From Candidatus Woesearchaeota archaeon (GTDB lineage: Archaea; Nanobdellota; Nanobdellia; Pacearchaeales; GW2011-AR1): DNA of 48,144 nt. Shown one piece after another: positions 36,203 through 45,322 of the stretch. Where the stretch lies: assembly GCA_964417865.1 (NCBI GenBank), contig CAYQJI010000002.1, positions 238 through 48,381 on the forward strand. Reading direction: 5' to 3'. The translations under genes were made by a program, and so were the position numbers. The notes beneath the pieces are model-generated. The model was not told the origin of the DNA. It ran no database searches and saw only the letters and a list, made by a program, of their open reading frames with translations. How positions within the stretch are numbered: the first letter of the stretch is position 1; each line of letters opens with the position of its first letter.

Positions 36203-36631
36203 TTAAAATTTTCCAGTACTACCAAATCCTCCTTCTCCCCGTGTTGTTTGTGAAAGTTCATTAACCTCAATAACCTCAGCAGTTACAATCGGTTGTATTA
36301 ATAATTGTGCAATTTTCTGATATTTTTTTATATTGTATTCTTTATCTGATAAATTAATAAGAATAACCTTATATTCTCCTCTATAGGTATGTTCAATAAC
36401 ACCCCCCATTGTTTTTATTCCATCGTTTGCAATTCCACTTTTATCCCAAATTAAAGAAACATAACCTTCAGGAAGTTCAATCGATAATCCTGTAGAGATT
36501 AATCTTCTTTCCATGGGTTTTAAAATAAAATCTTCTTCAATAGAAAATAAATCCATTCCTGCATCACCAACATGAGAATATTTTGGGATTATTGCATCTT
36601 CTCTTAATTTTTTTATTTTTATTTGAATCAT
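36203..36631 (-). CDS. dut: dUTP diphosphatase (trimeric dUTPase)
   Basis: Motifs GDAGMDL, R-L-ISTG, GVIEHTYRGE and the C-terminal RGEGGFGSTG. Confidence 0.9.
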   Translation of the reverse strand: MIQIKIKKLREDAIIPKYSHVGDAGMDLFSIEEDFILKPMERRLISTGLSIELPEGYVSLIWDKSGIANDGIKTMGGVIEHTYRGEYKVILINLSDKEYNIKKYQKIAQLLIQPIVTAEVIEVNELSQTTRGEGGFGSTGKF

Positions 36632-36673
36632 CTTAATTAAGATCTAACTTATTTTGAAAATAGATTAAACTGA

Positions 36674-39600
36674 TTATCCTCCACAACCCCCAACTTTTTC
36701 TCCACAATACTCACAATGGAAACAGCTAACAGAATCTCTTTTCATTTCTCTTCCACATTGAGGACATAATTTTCCAGATGAAGTATTATGAACATTATTC
36801 CCATTTTTTTCTACTATATCTTCTTCTGAAGGTTCTACAAATCCACCTAACTCAAAATCATTCATTACATCTTCAAATTTCCAGTCATCTAATTTTTCTC
36901 GTCTATAAGTTCTAAATGCCCCATTTTTATATCCTCTTAATTCTTTTTTATTTACCTTATCTGGTTCTTGAGCTACAGAAGTATCTCCTAAATATTCTAA
37001 TCTCAATACTTTTGCTGCTAAATCTAAAAAAGATGTTGTTAATTTTATATATGGGTTTCCTACTACAAATCCATTGGGTTTAAAATCTTGGCCTAACCAA
37101 GCAGTGGTTATATCATCTAAACTTACCCCCCTTTTTAATGCCTTTGAAGCCAAAACCCCCGAATTAGACAATAATGCTCCTAATGTTGATCCAGCTTTAT
37201 AAGATAAAAAGGTGATTTGTCCAGGTAATCCATTTTCATATTCACTTGTAATGATGTGTAAAGGTATTTTTCCATCTTGATTTACAATTTCCAATTCAGT
37301 TTCAAAAGCATCCCTTCTTAAAGGCAAATCTTTTTTCTCTCCTCTTTCTAATTTTTTTACAATTTTACTAATGCCAAAAACTGCTGAAGGTTTGCTATTT
37401 TCTCTAAAGAAAGTTAATCCCTTTAATCCTAATTCATTTCCTAATATAAACCCATCATAAATATCTTTTACTTTTGCTTTTTCAGGTAAATTAATAGTTT
37501 TTGAAATTCCCCCTGAGATAAATGGCTGAGCTGCTGCAACCATCTTTATATGGCCCATAGGACTTATACTTCCAACTCCATCTTTTCCTCCTGAAGCAGT
37601 ATCAAAAACAGAGTAATGTTCTTCTTTAAGTCCTGGTGCGCCCCTTAATGTATTAAATTTTTTACTATATTCTTCCATTTCTTTTATTTGTTCTTCTGAA
37701 TAACCTAACCTTTCTAATCCTTTTCTTGCATCTTTATTAATAAGGGTTAAGCTACCACCTCCAGCAAGGTTTTTAATTGTGTTTAAAGCAAATACAGGTT
37801 CTATTCCTGTTGTGCTACTTCCCATTAAAAAAGAAATTGTTCCTGTTGGAGCAATTGCTGTTGCCTGAGAATTAGCATAACCATATTTTTTTCCTAATTT
37901 TAAAGCATTTTCCCAAGATTCAAGTGCAGCATTTTTTAATTTTTCATCAGAAATTTTAGCTGTAGAGATTAGATTTTCTAAATTTTGTTTGTGATTTCTA
38001 ATTACATTTAACATCTCTTTTTTATTAAATTCAAAATGAGTAAATGTTCCTAAACTTTTAGCTAATTCTGCAGAAGTTTCATAAACAGTTCCTGTCATTA
38101 GAGCGCTAACTAATCCCTGAAAAGTTCTTGCATCATCTGAATCATAAGGAATTCCTAGCCTCATAAGTGCAGCTCCAAAATCGCTATAACCCATTCCAAT
38201 AGCACTAAATTCTGGACTAATCAAAGCAATAGATTTAACAGGATAAGAAGCAGCTTTATTTGCAATATTCTGAGCTATTGCAAAAATTTTTATAGTTCTC
38301 TTATATTTTTCAAAATCAAAACTTCCATCTTCTTTAATGAAACCTGTCATACGTAATGAGACAAGATTGCATGAGGTGTCATCTATGTTTAAGTATTCTC
38401 CACAAGGATTACTTGCATTTATCCTTCCACTATTTGGACAAGTATGCATTCTCTGTATATGTGAATCGTATTGAACAGCTGGATCACCTATTCTCCAACT
38501 TCCAAAAGCAATTTCTTTTAACATTTGTTCAGCAGAAACTTTTCCCTTAACTTTTTTATCTTTAACTCCTATTAATTCAATAAATCCTCCTGATTTTAAT
38601 TTTTCAAAAAAGGAATCATCCAATCTAACTGAAAAATTAGTATTTTGAAAAGCAACAGTTTGATAAGCTTCTCCATCCATGCCATCACTATATCCTGCTT
38701 GAATTAAAGTTAAAGCCTTATGATCTTCTTTTACTTTCATTCTTATAAATTCCATAATATCAGGGTGATTTTGGTTCATAATAGTCATTCTTGCTGCTCT
38801 TCTTGTTTTACCTCCTGATTTTATCATCCCTGCATTTTTATCAAAAGACATAACAAAACTTTTTGGACCAGAAGATTTTCCACCACCAGAAAGCATAGCA
38901 CCTTCTTCTCTTAAAACACTTATATTTTGACCTACTCCTGAACCTAATGCAAAAATTAAACCTTCGTCTACACCATGTTCTAAAATACTTTCTAAATCAT
39001 CTTCAGGTCCTTTAATAAAACAAGCATGTAATTGAGGATGAATATATTCCCCTTCTTTAATCTTTTTTAATTGTCCTGTTTTTAGGTCTTTCCAATAATT
39101 AGAGCCCTTGCTTCCTTTAATTCCATAAGAACCAAAAATTCCTGCATTAAATTGAACAGGAGAATTGAATGCTCCTAACCCATTTGCTTGTATGTATAAT
39201 AATTCATCTCTAAACGCTTCTTTATCTTCTTTGGTCTGAAAATATCCAAATCTTTCTCCTTCATCAGCAAAGAAATTAGCAACTCTTGTGTTTAATTCTT
39301 TTAAAGAATGTTCATATTCTAAACCTAATTTTGATTTTAATTTTTCTTTCCACTCTTTTTTATCAGGTTTAAAGAAATATCTGCTTGCAACAATTGATGC
39401 CGAAGTATCATCCATCCATTCTGGAACTTCTACATTATTCATTTCAAAGATAGTTCTTCCTCCTTTATCACTAATCTTTAAATTAGTTTCTCTAAACTTA
39501 ACTGAACTAAAAGGATCTTTACCTTTTTCAGTAAAATATCTTTCAATTGTTAATCCTTTAGCCTCTTTTATTGGATTATGATAGATTCTTGAAACATCTA

Positions 39601-39829
39601 ATCTTGAAACAAACTCTTCATTATTAAAATTATAAACATGTATCTTATTCTCTTGTATAGCAGATTGCAATTTTGATTTATCCAACCCTTCTTTTTCAAT
39701 TAAGGAATAAACTTCATCTATTTTAATGTGCTTATCCCCATTATAAGAAGGAAATTCGATTGGCGAATATTCCTCTTTAGAATTTTCATTTAACTTATAA
39801 ATTAAATTTTTTTGTCCTTTTTTGTCCAT
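36674..39829 (-). CDS. nrdJ: Class II (adenosylcobalamin-dependent) ribonucleotide reductase
   Basis: Active-site block NPCGEYLNIDDTSCNLVSL, finger-loop and radical-site regions, and a C-terminal Cys-rich tail CPQCG...CFHCEYCGEKVGGCGG typical of class II RNRs. No intein-like insertion is evident. Confidence 0.88.
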   Translation of the reverse strand: MDKKGQKNLIYKLNENSKEEYSPIEFPSYNGDKHIKIDEVYSLIEKEGLDKSKLQSAIQENKIHVYNFNNEEFVSRLDVSRIYHNPIKEAKGLTIERYFTEKGKDPFSSVKFRETNLKISDKGGRTIFEMNNVEVPEWMDDTSASIVASRYFFKPDKKEWKEKLKSKLGLEYEHSLKELNTRVANFFADEGERFGYFQTKEDKEAFRDELLYIQANGLGAFNSPVQFNAGIFGSYGIKGSKGSNYWKDLKTGQLKKIKEGEYIHPQLHACFIKGPEDDLESILEHGVDEGLIFALGSGVGQNISVLREEGAMLSGGGKSSGPKSFVMSFDKNAGMIKSGGKTRRAARMTIMNQNHPDIMEFIRMKVKEDHKALTLIQAGYSDGMDGEAYQTVAFQNTNFSVRLDDSFFEKLKSGGFIELIGVKDKKVKGKVSAEQMLKEIAFGSWRIGDPAVQYDSHIQRMHTCPNSGRINASNPCGEYLNIDDTSCNLVSLRMTGFIKEDGSFDFEKYKRTIKIFAIAQNIANKAASYPVKSIALISPEFSAIGMGYSDFGAALMRLGIPYDSDDARTFQGLVSALMTGTVYETSAELAKSLGTFTHFEFNKKEMLNVIRNHKQNLENLISTAKISDEKLKNAALESWENALKLGKKYGYANSQATAIAPTGTISFLMGSSTTGIEPVFALNTIKNLAGGGSLTLINKDARKGLERLGYSEEQIKEMEEYSKKFNTLRGAPGLKEEHYSVFDTASGGKDGVGSISPMGHIKMVAAAQPFISGGISKTINLPEKAKVKDIYDGFILGNELGLKGLTFFRENSKPSAVFGISKIVKKLERGEKKDLPLRRDAFETELEIVNQDGKIPLHIITSEYENGLPGQITFLSYKAGSTLGALLSNSGVLASKALKRGVSLDDITTAWLGQDFKPNGFVVGNPYIKLTTSFLDLAAKVLRLEYLGDTSVAQEPDKVNKKELRGYKNGAFRTYRREKLDDWKFEDVMNDFELGGFVEPSEEDIVEKNGNNVHNTSSGKLCPQCGREMKRDSVSCFHCEYCGEKVGGCGG

Positions 39830-39830
39830 T

Positions 39831-40268
39831 TTACAATTTTTTTATCTCTTGTTTAAAATCATCTAAATCTTGAAAATTTCTATAAACTGAGGCAAATCTT
39901 ATATATGCAACATTATCTAACTTTCTTATTTTTTTCATTGCAAGTTCTCCGATTTCTGAAGTTTTTATCTCTTTTTTTCCTTTTTTTCTTATCCTTTCTT
40001 CTATCTCATTAATTAGTAAGTCAATTTTTTCTTTTGAAACAGGTCTTTTTTCAAATGCCCTCATGATACCTCTTTCTAATTTTTCCTTATCAAATTTTTC
40101 TCTTCTTCCATCTTTTTTTATAACATAAACATCCTCTTTTGATATAACCTCATAGGTTGTAAATCTTTTTCCACATTTTAGACATTCTCTTCTTCTTCGA
40201 ACACTGTCCTTTGACTCTCTCTTGTTAGTAACTTTTGATTTTTTATTTCCACAATATGGGCATTCCAT
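39831..40268 (-). CDS. nrdR: NrdR transcriptional repressor (Zn ribbon plus ATP-cone)
   Basis: MECPYCG...CLKCGKRFTTYE Zn ribbon, then an ATP-cone (VIKKDGRREKFDKEKL...AYIRFASVYRNF). The ATG at 40266..40268 gives the canonical M-x-CP-x-C N-terminus, whereas the track ORF starts 15 codons earlier at 40313. Its stop is 1 nt from the nrdJ ATG. Confidence 0.85.
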   Translation of the reverse strand: MECPYCGNKKSKVTNKRESKDSVRRRRECLKCGKRFTTYEVISKEDVYVIKKDGRREKFDKEKLERGIMRAFEKRPVSKEKIDLLINEIEERIRKKGKKEIKTSEIGELAMKKIRKLDNVAYIRFASVYRNFQDLDDFKQEIKKL

Positions 40269-40275
40269 TATTAAA

Positions 40276-40291
40276 ATACAATAGATTGTAT
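40276..40291. promoter_or_regulatory. NrdR-box-like 16-bp palindrome ATACAAT-AG-ATTGTAT just upstream of the preferred nrdR start
   Basis: Perfect 7+2+7 inverted repeat that matches the published NrdR-box consensus (acaCwAtATaTwGtgt, from memory) at 13/16 positions. The related half-site CTTGTAT/ATACAAG recurs at 40316..40322 (31 bp away) and at 40387..40393. Confidence 0.4.
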
Positions 40292-40462
40292 CTATTTTTT
40301 TGAATATAGTCATCTCTTGTATCTGTTTTTTTATTTCTTTAAAACATATTTAAACTTTTATTGCCACCAATTTTTACAACACAGATATACAAGAAATAAT
40401 AAGGAAATTTTAATTTTTTAACCAATAAGAACTTTTTTAAACTAACTTTTATTTAATAAATT

Positions 40463-40729
40463 ATGAATAATACAATTCAATTATTAATCCAAGAATTAGG
40501 GATACCTTTATGGCTTTTTTTAATAATCTTCATTTGGGTTTATTTTTGGAAATTATACGGATTATGGACTGCTGCTCAAAAAAAATCTCTACCTTGGTTT
40601 ATTTTTATTGCTCTTTTTAATACAATGGGCATATTAGAGATACTTTATATCTATGTTTTTTCAAAATCAAACCCCTTCTCTTCTAAAAAAGTAGACTCAA
40701 ACAAGAATTCAAGAAAAAAGAAGAAATAA
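40463..40729 (+). CDS. Small membrane protein (2 TM helices, basic C-terminal tail)
   Basis: 88-aa ORF with two W/F/L-rich hydrophobic helices and a KKVDSNKNSRKKKK tail. Confidence 0.45.
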   Translation: MNNTIQLLIQELGIPLWLFLIIFIWVYFWKLYGLWTAAQKKSLPWFIFIALFNTMGILEILYIYVFSKSNPFSSKKVDSNKNSRKKKK

Positions 40730-40771
40730 ATTATTTATTCTAAAATTTTTTAATAATTCATTTTTTTATAA

Positions 40772-41647
40772 TTATTCTTTTTCAACCAAATCATTTTGAA
40801 CTTTTATAGATTCTGTTAATTTACACATCTTGCATATCTTATCCCTAGAAGGCTCACCGCATTTTTCACAATAATTTATCATACTTTTTGATTTTTCTAA
40901 ATTTAACCTTTTTATTTTTGGATATATTAATTCAAAATTTTTAATTATATTTTCTTTGTCTTTTGTTCTTAAATTATCCACGAATTCTCTTACTTTTAAT
41001 CTATAGGAATCAGTTAAATAAGGGCATTTTTTATAGATTACAGGAAGTTCTTTCTTTTTTGAATATTCCCTTATATCATTCTCATCACAATAAAACAAGG
41101 GTTTTATCCTTGTCACAAATTTTTTATCTTTTTTATTTTTTGTTATAGCTCCAGAATTTATATTTAGTTGAGGACTGCCTTTTAATATATTTATTAAAAA
41201 TGTCTGAACTTCATCATCTAAATTATGGCCTGTTGCTATCTTATTAAAATTTAATCTTCTTGCCTCTCTATTCATAATCCATTTTTTTACAACCCCACAT
41301 ATAGCACAATTCTTAAGATTTTTTCCTTCTTTTGTATTTTGAACCTCTTTTATAATAAGGCCTATAGAATTTCCAAATTCTTTTTTTAAATTATAAACGT
41401 GCAATTTTATTTGCAATTTTTGAGATAATTCTTTTACTATCCTTAAATAATCTTCTTCTATTCCCTCAATCCCCAAGTTTATGTAAAAGCCTTCTATATT
41501 ATAACCAAATTTTTTTAATAAATATGCAACAACAGACGAATCTTTACCCCCAGAAAGAGCAACAAGAATCTTTTCTTTTTTATTGCATAATTTATATTTT
41601 TTTATTGTTTCTTTAACTTTTTTTTCAATGTCTTGATGAGTATTCAT
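40772..41647 (-). CDS. PP-loop ATPase, tRNA 2-thiolation enzyme of the TtuA/NcsA(Ctu1) family
   Basis: PP-loop ALSGGKDSS, cluster-ligand Cys residues (CAICG ... CPY), GHNLDDE, and a C-terminal Zn finger CEKCGEPS..ICKMC. Confidence 0.75.
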   Translation of the reverse strand: MNTHQDIEKKVKETIKKYKLCNKKEKILVALSGGKDSSVVAYLLKKFGYNIEGFYINLGIEGIEEDYLRIVKELSQKLQIKLHVYNLKKEFGNSIGLIIKEVQNTKEGKNLKNCAICGVVKKWIMNREARRLNFNKIATGHNLDDEVQTFLINILKGSPQLNINSGAITKNKKDKKFVTRIKPLFYCDENDIREYSKKKELPVIYKKCPYLTDSYRLKVREFVDNLRTKDKENIIKNFELIYPKIKRLNLEKSKSMINYCEKCGEPSRDKICKMCKLTESIKVQNDLVEKE

Positions 41648-41821
41648 AGATAAAACTATAAGATTTAGTTTTTATAATTATTGAATAATCTCCTTAATAC
41701 TTATAATCCTTATCTATCACAATAAGACTTTTTAATAATCATTTATTAATACTATCTTCTTGTCAAATTCTTATATATCAGAATTAATTAATTTTATTAA
41801 CATAGATAATCTTAGATTAAG

Positions 41822-43030
41822 ATGGAAAAAATAGAAATAAAGAGAGAAATAGAAAAGAAAAATTTTTTTCATAAGATTCATCTTTTATTTTTTTTGTTTT
41901 CAATTTTATATTTACTTTTACCAAATGTTTATTCTGATGTTATCTCTTTAAACGGAGGGGGAGACTCTCAAATAATTATTAATCCTGAAAAATATATTGA
42001 AGGTTTTTTTTCATGTACACCTTTAACTTGTTCCCAGTTAGGATATAACTGCGGAAGTTGGAGTGATAATTGCGGGAATACAATAAGTTGTGGTGGTTGT
42101 TCTTCAGGATATACCTGCCAAAATGGAATTTGTACAGGCATAGAAACTCCTCCAGAGGGTGGAGGAGGAGAAGGCGGAGCAGGCGGAGGGGAATTAACAC
42201 CGACAAATCTTACAGAATGTTCAATAGTCGTTAATCCCGCTTCAATAAATTTAACCCTCTCATTTAATCCTGTTACAGGAATGATTCAGAGAGTAAATAA
42301 AAACTTAACAATTTTTAATTCTTGTAATTATCCTCAAAAATTAAATGCCGGTTTATTTGGGAACATTAATGGGATTGTTCTATTACCAGAAACTTCTATA
42401 ACAGTAGGCCCAAATGAAACAAAAAATTTTGAAGTAACTTTTGTTTCTCCTATTTACAATGATACATTTATTGGAGCAATCTTATTTAACAATGTTAAAA
42501 AAGTTGATATTTTTATTAAATCTACTTCTAATCCTTTATGGTTTGATGCAAATATTGTTGTTTTAAACAAAGACTATAGGGTTCCTCAAGGAGATAAATT
42601 AAAAACAAGAGTTGAAATGATCCCTATGGGCGATAAAAATAAAATAGATGTTACTCTTAATTATGAAATCAAAGATTATCAAGGAAAATCTTATCTTAAA
42701 AAAAGTGAAACTGTGCTAGCAGTAATGCAATCAACAAAAATAGATAGAAACTTTGAAACAGGTAGTCTTCCTTTAGGCAGATATGTTATTAATTTACAAT
42801 TAATTTATCCTGGAGGAGTTGCGCCTTCAAGTGCATATTTTGAAATTGTAGAAAAAAGCCCTGAAGATATTTTTGGATTAATCTTAATGATAATTGGAAT
42901 TTTAATCTTCCTAATAATCTTAATTATAATTTTTATAATAATAAAGAGAAAGAAGGATAAAGAAAGAGAAGAAGAGGAAGAGGAATTAGAAGAATCAGAA
43001 GACGAATCAGAAGAAACAAAAAACTCGTAG
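41822..43030 (+). CDS. Surface protein with an N-terminal anchor/signal, a Cys-rich module, a Gly-rich linker, a beta-rich ectodomain, a C-terminal TM helix and an acidic tail
   Basis: CTPLTCSQLGYNCGSWSDNCGNTISCGGCSSGYTCQNGICTG (10 Cys in 42 aa), then PPEGGGGEGGAGGGE. There are many N-x-S/T sequons. The C-terminal helix LILMIIGILIFLIILIIIFIII is followed by KRKKDKEREEEEEELEESEDESEE. Confidence 0.6.
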   Translation: MEKIEIKREIEKKNFFHKIHLLFFLFSILYLLLPNVYSDVISLNGGGDSQIIINPEKYIEGFFSCTPLTCSQLGYNCGSWSDNCGNTISCGGCSSGYTCQNGICTGIETPPEGGGGEGGAGGGELTPTNLTECSIVVNPASINLTLSFNPVTGMIQRVNKNLTIFNSCNYPQKLNAGLFGNINGIVLLPETSITVGPNETKNFEVTFVSPIYNDTFIGAILFNNVKKVDIFIKSTSNPLWFDANIVVLNKDYRVPQGDKLKTRVEMIPMGDKNKIDVTLNYEIKDYQGKSYLKKSETVLAVMQSTKIDRNFETGSLPLGRYVINLQLIYPGGVAPSSAYFEIVEKSPEDIFGLILMIIGILIFLIILIIIFIIIKRKKDKEREEEEEELEESEDESEETKNS

Positions 43031-43112
43031 TAAAAGTTACTCCCTTTTAATCTATAAATTATAAAAAGACTTTAACAAAATGATTTAAATAATTGAATTA
43101 TTTTTTTATTTT

Positions 43113-44300
43113 ATGTTAATTGGACTTGTTGGCAAACCATCTGTTGGAAAAAGCACTTTTTTTAAAGCAGCAACTTTATCAGAAGTTGAAATTGCTTCTT
43201 ATCCTTTTACCACAATAAAACCAAATCATGGAGTAGGTTATGTTAAAATAGATTGTATTGATAAAGAATTCAATACTCAGTGTATGCCAAATCATGGTTT
43301 TTGTATTAATCATAAGAGATTTGTGCCTATAGATTTAATGGATGTTGCAGGGTTAGTTCCTGGAGCAAGTGAGGGTAAAGGTCTAGGAAATCAATTTTTA
43401 GATGATTTAAGACAAGCAGATGCATTTATTCATATTGTTGATGTTTCAGGAACAACTGATGAGACAGGAAAACAAACAGAAAATTATGATGTTACAAAAG
43501 ATATCTTATTTTTAGAAGATGAATTAGATAAATGGTTCTTAAATATACTATCAAGAGTTTGGAGAAATTTAACAAGAAAAACCGAATTAGAAGGCGGTGA
43601 TTTATCAAAAGCGATTGCAAATCAATTTTCAGGCTTAAAAATAAATGAAGATCAAGTAAAAAGCATATTATCAAAAATTCAAATATCCTTAAAGGCAAGT
43701 TCTTGGACAGAAAAAGAATTATTAAAATTTGCAAATCTTTTAAGAAAAGAAACAAAGCCCATGATAATTGCTGCTAATAAAATTGATCTTCTTAATGGAA
43801 AAGAAAATTATGAAAAATTAAAAAAAGTTTTTCCGGATAAGATTATTATCCCTTGTTCAAGTGACTCTGAATTAGCTTTAAGAGAAGCAGCAAAATTTAA
43901 TTTGATAAATTATATACCCGGAGAAAGAACTTTTGAAATTAAAGGACAATTAAATGATAGACAATTATCTGCATTAAACAAAATTAAATCTGAAATCTTA
44001 GATGCATATGAATATGGGACAGGAGTTCAAGAAATTTTGAATTATGTTGTCTTTAATTTATTAAAATACATTCCAATCTTTCCTGCAGGAGCAAATAAAT
44101 TAAGTGATAGTAAAGGAAGAATTCTTCCTGACTGTTTTTTATTGCCCCCAAATTCTACTGCATTAGATTTTGCTTATTTTTTGCATACAGACTTTGGAAA
44201 CAATTTTTTAAGAGCAATAGACGCAAGAACAAAAAAAATTCTTGGAAGAGATTACAAATTAAAGTTTGGTGATGCTTTGGAGATTGTTACTTCTAAATGA
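43113..44300 (+). CDS. Obg-family P-loop GTPase/ATPase of the archaeal YchF/DRG type with a C-terminal TGS domain
   Basis: G1 GLVGKPSVGKST, YPFTTIKPNHG, G3 DVAGLV, G4 NKID, and a C-terminal TGS-like segment (ALDFAYFLHTDFG...GDALEIVT). Confidence 0.75.
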   Translation: MLIGLVGKPSVGKSTFFKAATLSEVEIASYPFTTIKPNHGVGYVKIDCIDKEFNTQCMPNHGFCINHKRFVPIDLMDVAGLVPGASEGKGLGNQFLDDLRQADAFIHIVDVSGTTDETGKQTENYDVTKDILFLEDELDKWFLNILSRVWRNLTRKTELEGGDLSKAIANQFSGLKINEDQVKSILSKIQISLKASSWTEKELLKFANLLRKETKPMIIAANKIDLLNGKENYEKLKKVFPDKIIIPCSSDSELALREAAKFNLINYIPGERTFEIKGQLNDRQLSALNKIKSEILDAYEYGTGVQEILNYVVFNLLKYIPIFPAGANKLSDSKGRILPDCFLLPPNSTALDFAYFLHTDFGNNFLRAIDARTKKILGRDYKLKFGDALEIVTSK

Positions 44301-44342
44301 AATTATTATAACAATAATTAAACAAATATACTTAAAAAATAG

Positions 44343-44564
44343 ATGAAGATAAATATTAAGGTTAAAACAGATTGTCCTTTTGAGGATATAGAAAAAATAT
44401 CAGATAATAATTACAAAATAAAACTGAAATCTAAACCAGAGAATAATAAGGCAAATTTAGAATTAATAAAAATGTTGTCTAAAGAGTTTAAGATTGATAT
44501 TTCTAAAATAAAAATTATCAAAGGGAAAACTTCCAAAAATAAAATTGTTAATATTGATTGTTGA
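44343..44564 (+). CDS. DUF167 (YggU/UPF0235) family small protein
   Basis: 73 aa with LKSKPENNKANLELIKMLSKEF...IKIIKGKTSKNKIV, which matches the P-x-x-G-K-AN ... G-x-x-S-x-x-K pattern of the family. Confidence 0.6.
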   Translation: MKINIKVKTDCPFEDIEKISDNNYKIKLKSKPENNKANLELIKMLSKEFKIDISKIKIIKGKTSKNKIVNIDC

Positions 44565-44623
44565 TTTTTTTAATTTTTTAAATAAATAATAAAATATTTA
44601 AAATAGTTAATCATAATTAGAAT

Positions 44624-44845
44624 ATGATTATTTATATAAAAATAAAACCAAATTGTTCTTTTGAAAGATTAGAAAAATTTTCATCTGATCGTTATTTGAT
44701 TTATATTAAAAAATCGTTAGATGATTCGGAATTAGAAGAAGAATTAACATTAATTTTATCTAGACATTTTGGTGTACCTCCTAAAAACATTGAGATAAGT
44801 TGTGGTAGGACAGAATCTGAGAGGGTTGTTGAATTGAGTTCTTAG
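44624..44845 (+). CDS. Divergent DUF167-like paralogue (same length, GKAN motif lost)
   Basis: 73 aa and colinear with the preceding ORF (MxIxIKxKxxCxFExxEKxS...Y.I..K......L.L...LS..F.......I.I..G.T...). The K-AN motif is replaced by SELEEE. Confidence 0.5.
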   Translation: MIIYIKIKPNCSFERLEKFSSDRYLIYIKKSLDDSELEEELTLILSRHFGVPPKNIEISCGRTESERVVELSS

Positions 44846-44929
44846 TATTCAATTTGATTTTTTATACAATCAATTTTGTATAATAAATTTTATAGCAACT
44901 TATAAAAACAAAGAAGAATCTTTTATTTT

Positions 44930-45322
44930 ATGAGATATGAATTTGCTGAAGATTTACAAAAAACTGCTAAAGAAATTTCTTCTTTTTTATTTCCTTATAT
45001 TAACATGGATTATGTTAAATGTTTTAGAAGTTATGGGACTTCTTCAAGAGGAACAATAGCAAGATGTCATGGTTTGAGTAAGATAATGCAAAAAACTTTG
45101 AATACAAAAGCGTTTTATGCTCTTGAATTTTTGACAGAAAGATTTGAAAAATTAAATCAAGAAGAAAAAATAAAAGTGATAATTCATGAATTAATGCATA
45201 TTCCTAAATCATTTGGAGGAGGATTTAAACAACACGACGTAGTTAATGAAAGGAATGTAAACAAATGTTACTTAGAGTATACTAAAAGAAAAAATGAACA
45301 AAGAAATTTACCTTTTTTATAA
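44930..45322 (+). CDS. Small putative zinc metallopeptidase (HExxH; archaeal SprT/COG4900-like)
   Basis: 130 aa with VIIHELMHIPKSFGGGFKQH, preceded by the SRGTIARCHGL segment typical of this small archaeal family. Confidence 0.6.
   Translation: MRYEFAEDLQKTAKEISSFLFPYINMDYVKCFRSYGTSSRGTIARCHGLSKIMQKTLNTKAFYALEFLTERFEKLNQEEKIKVIIHELMHIPKSFGGGFKQHDVVNERNVNKCYLEYTKRKNEQRNLPFL

Noticed and set aside
40307-40322. A second complete NrdR box 31 bp from the palindrome at 40276..40291
   Set aside because: Only the right half-site (CTTGTAT) is present. The left half (TAGTCAT) does not match, so I report it only as a half-site repeat, not as a box.
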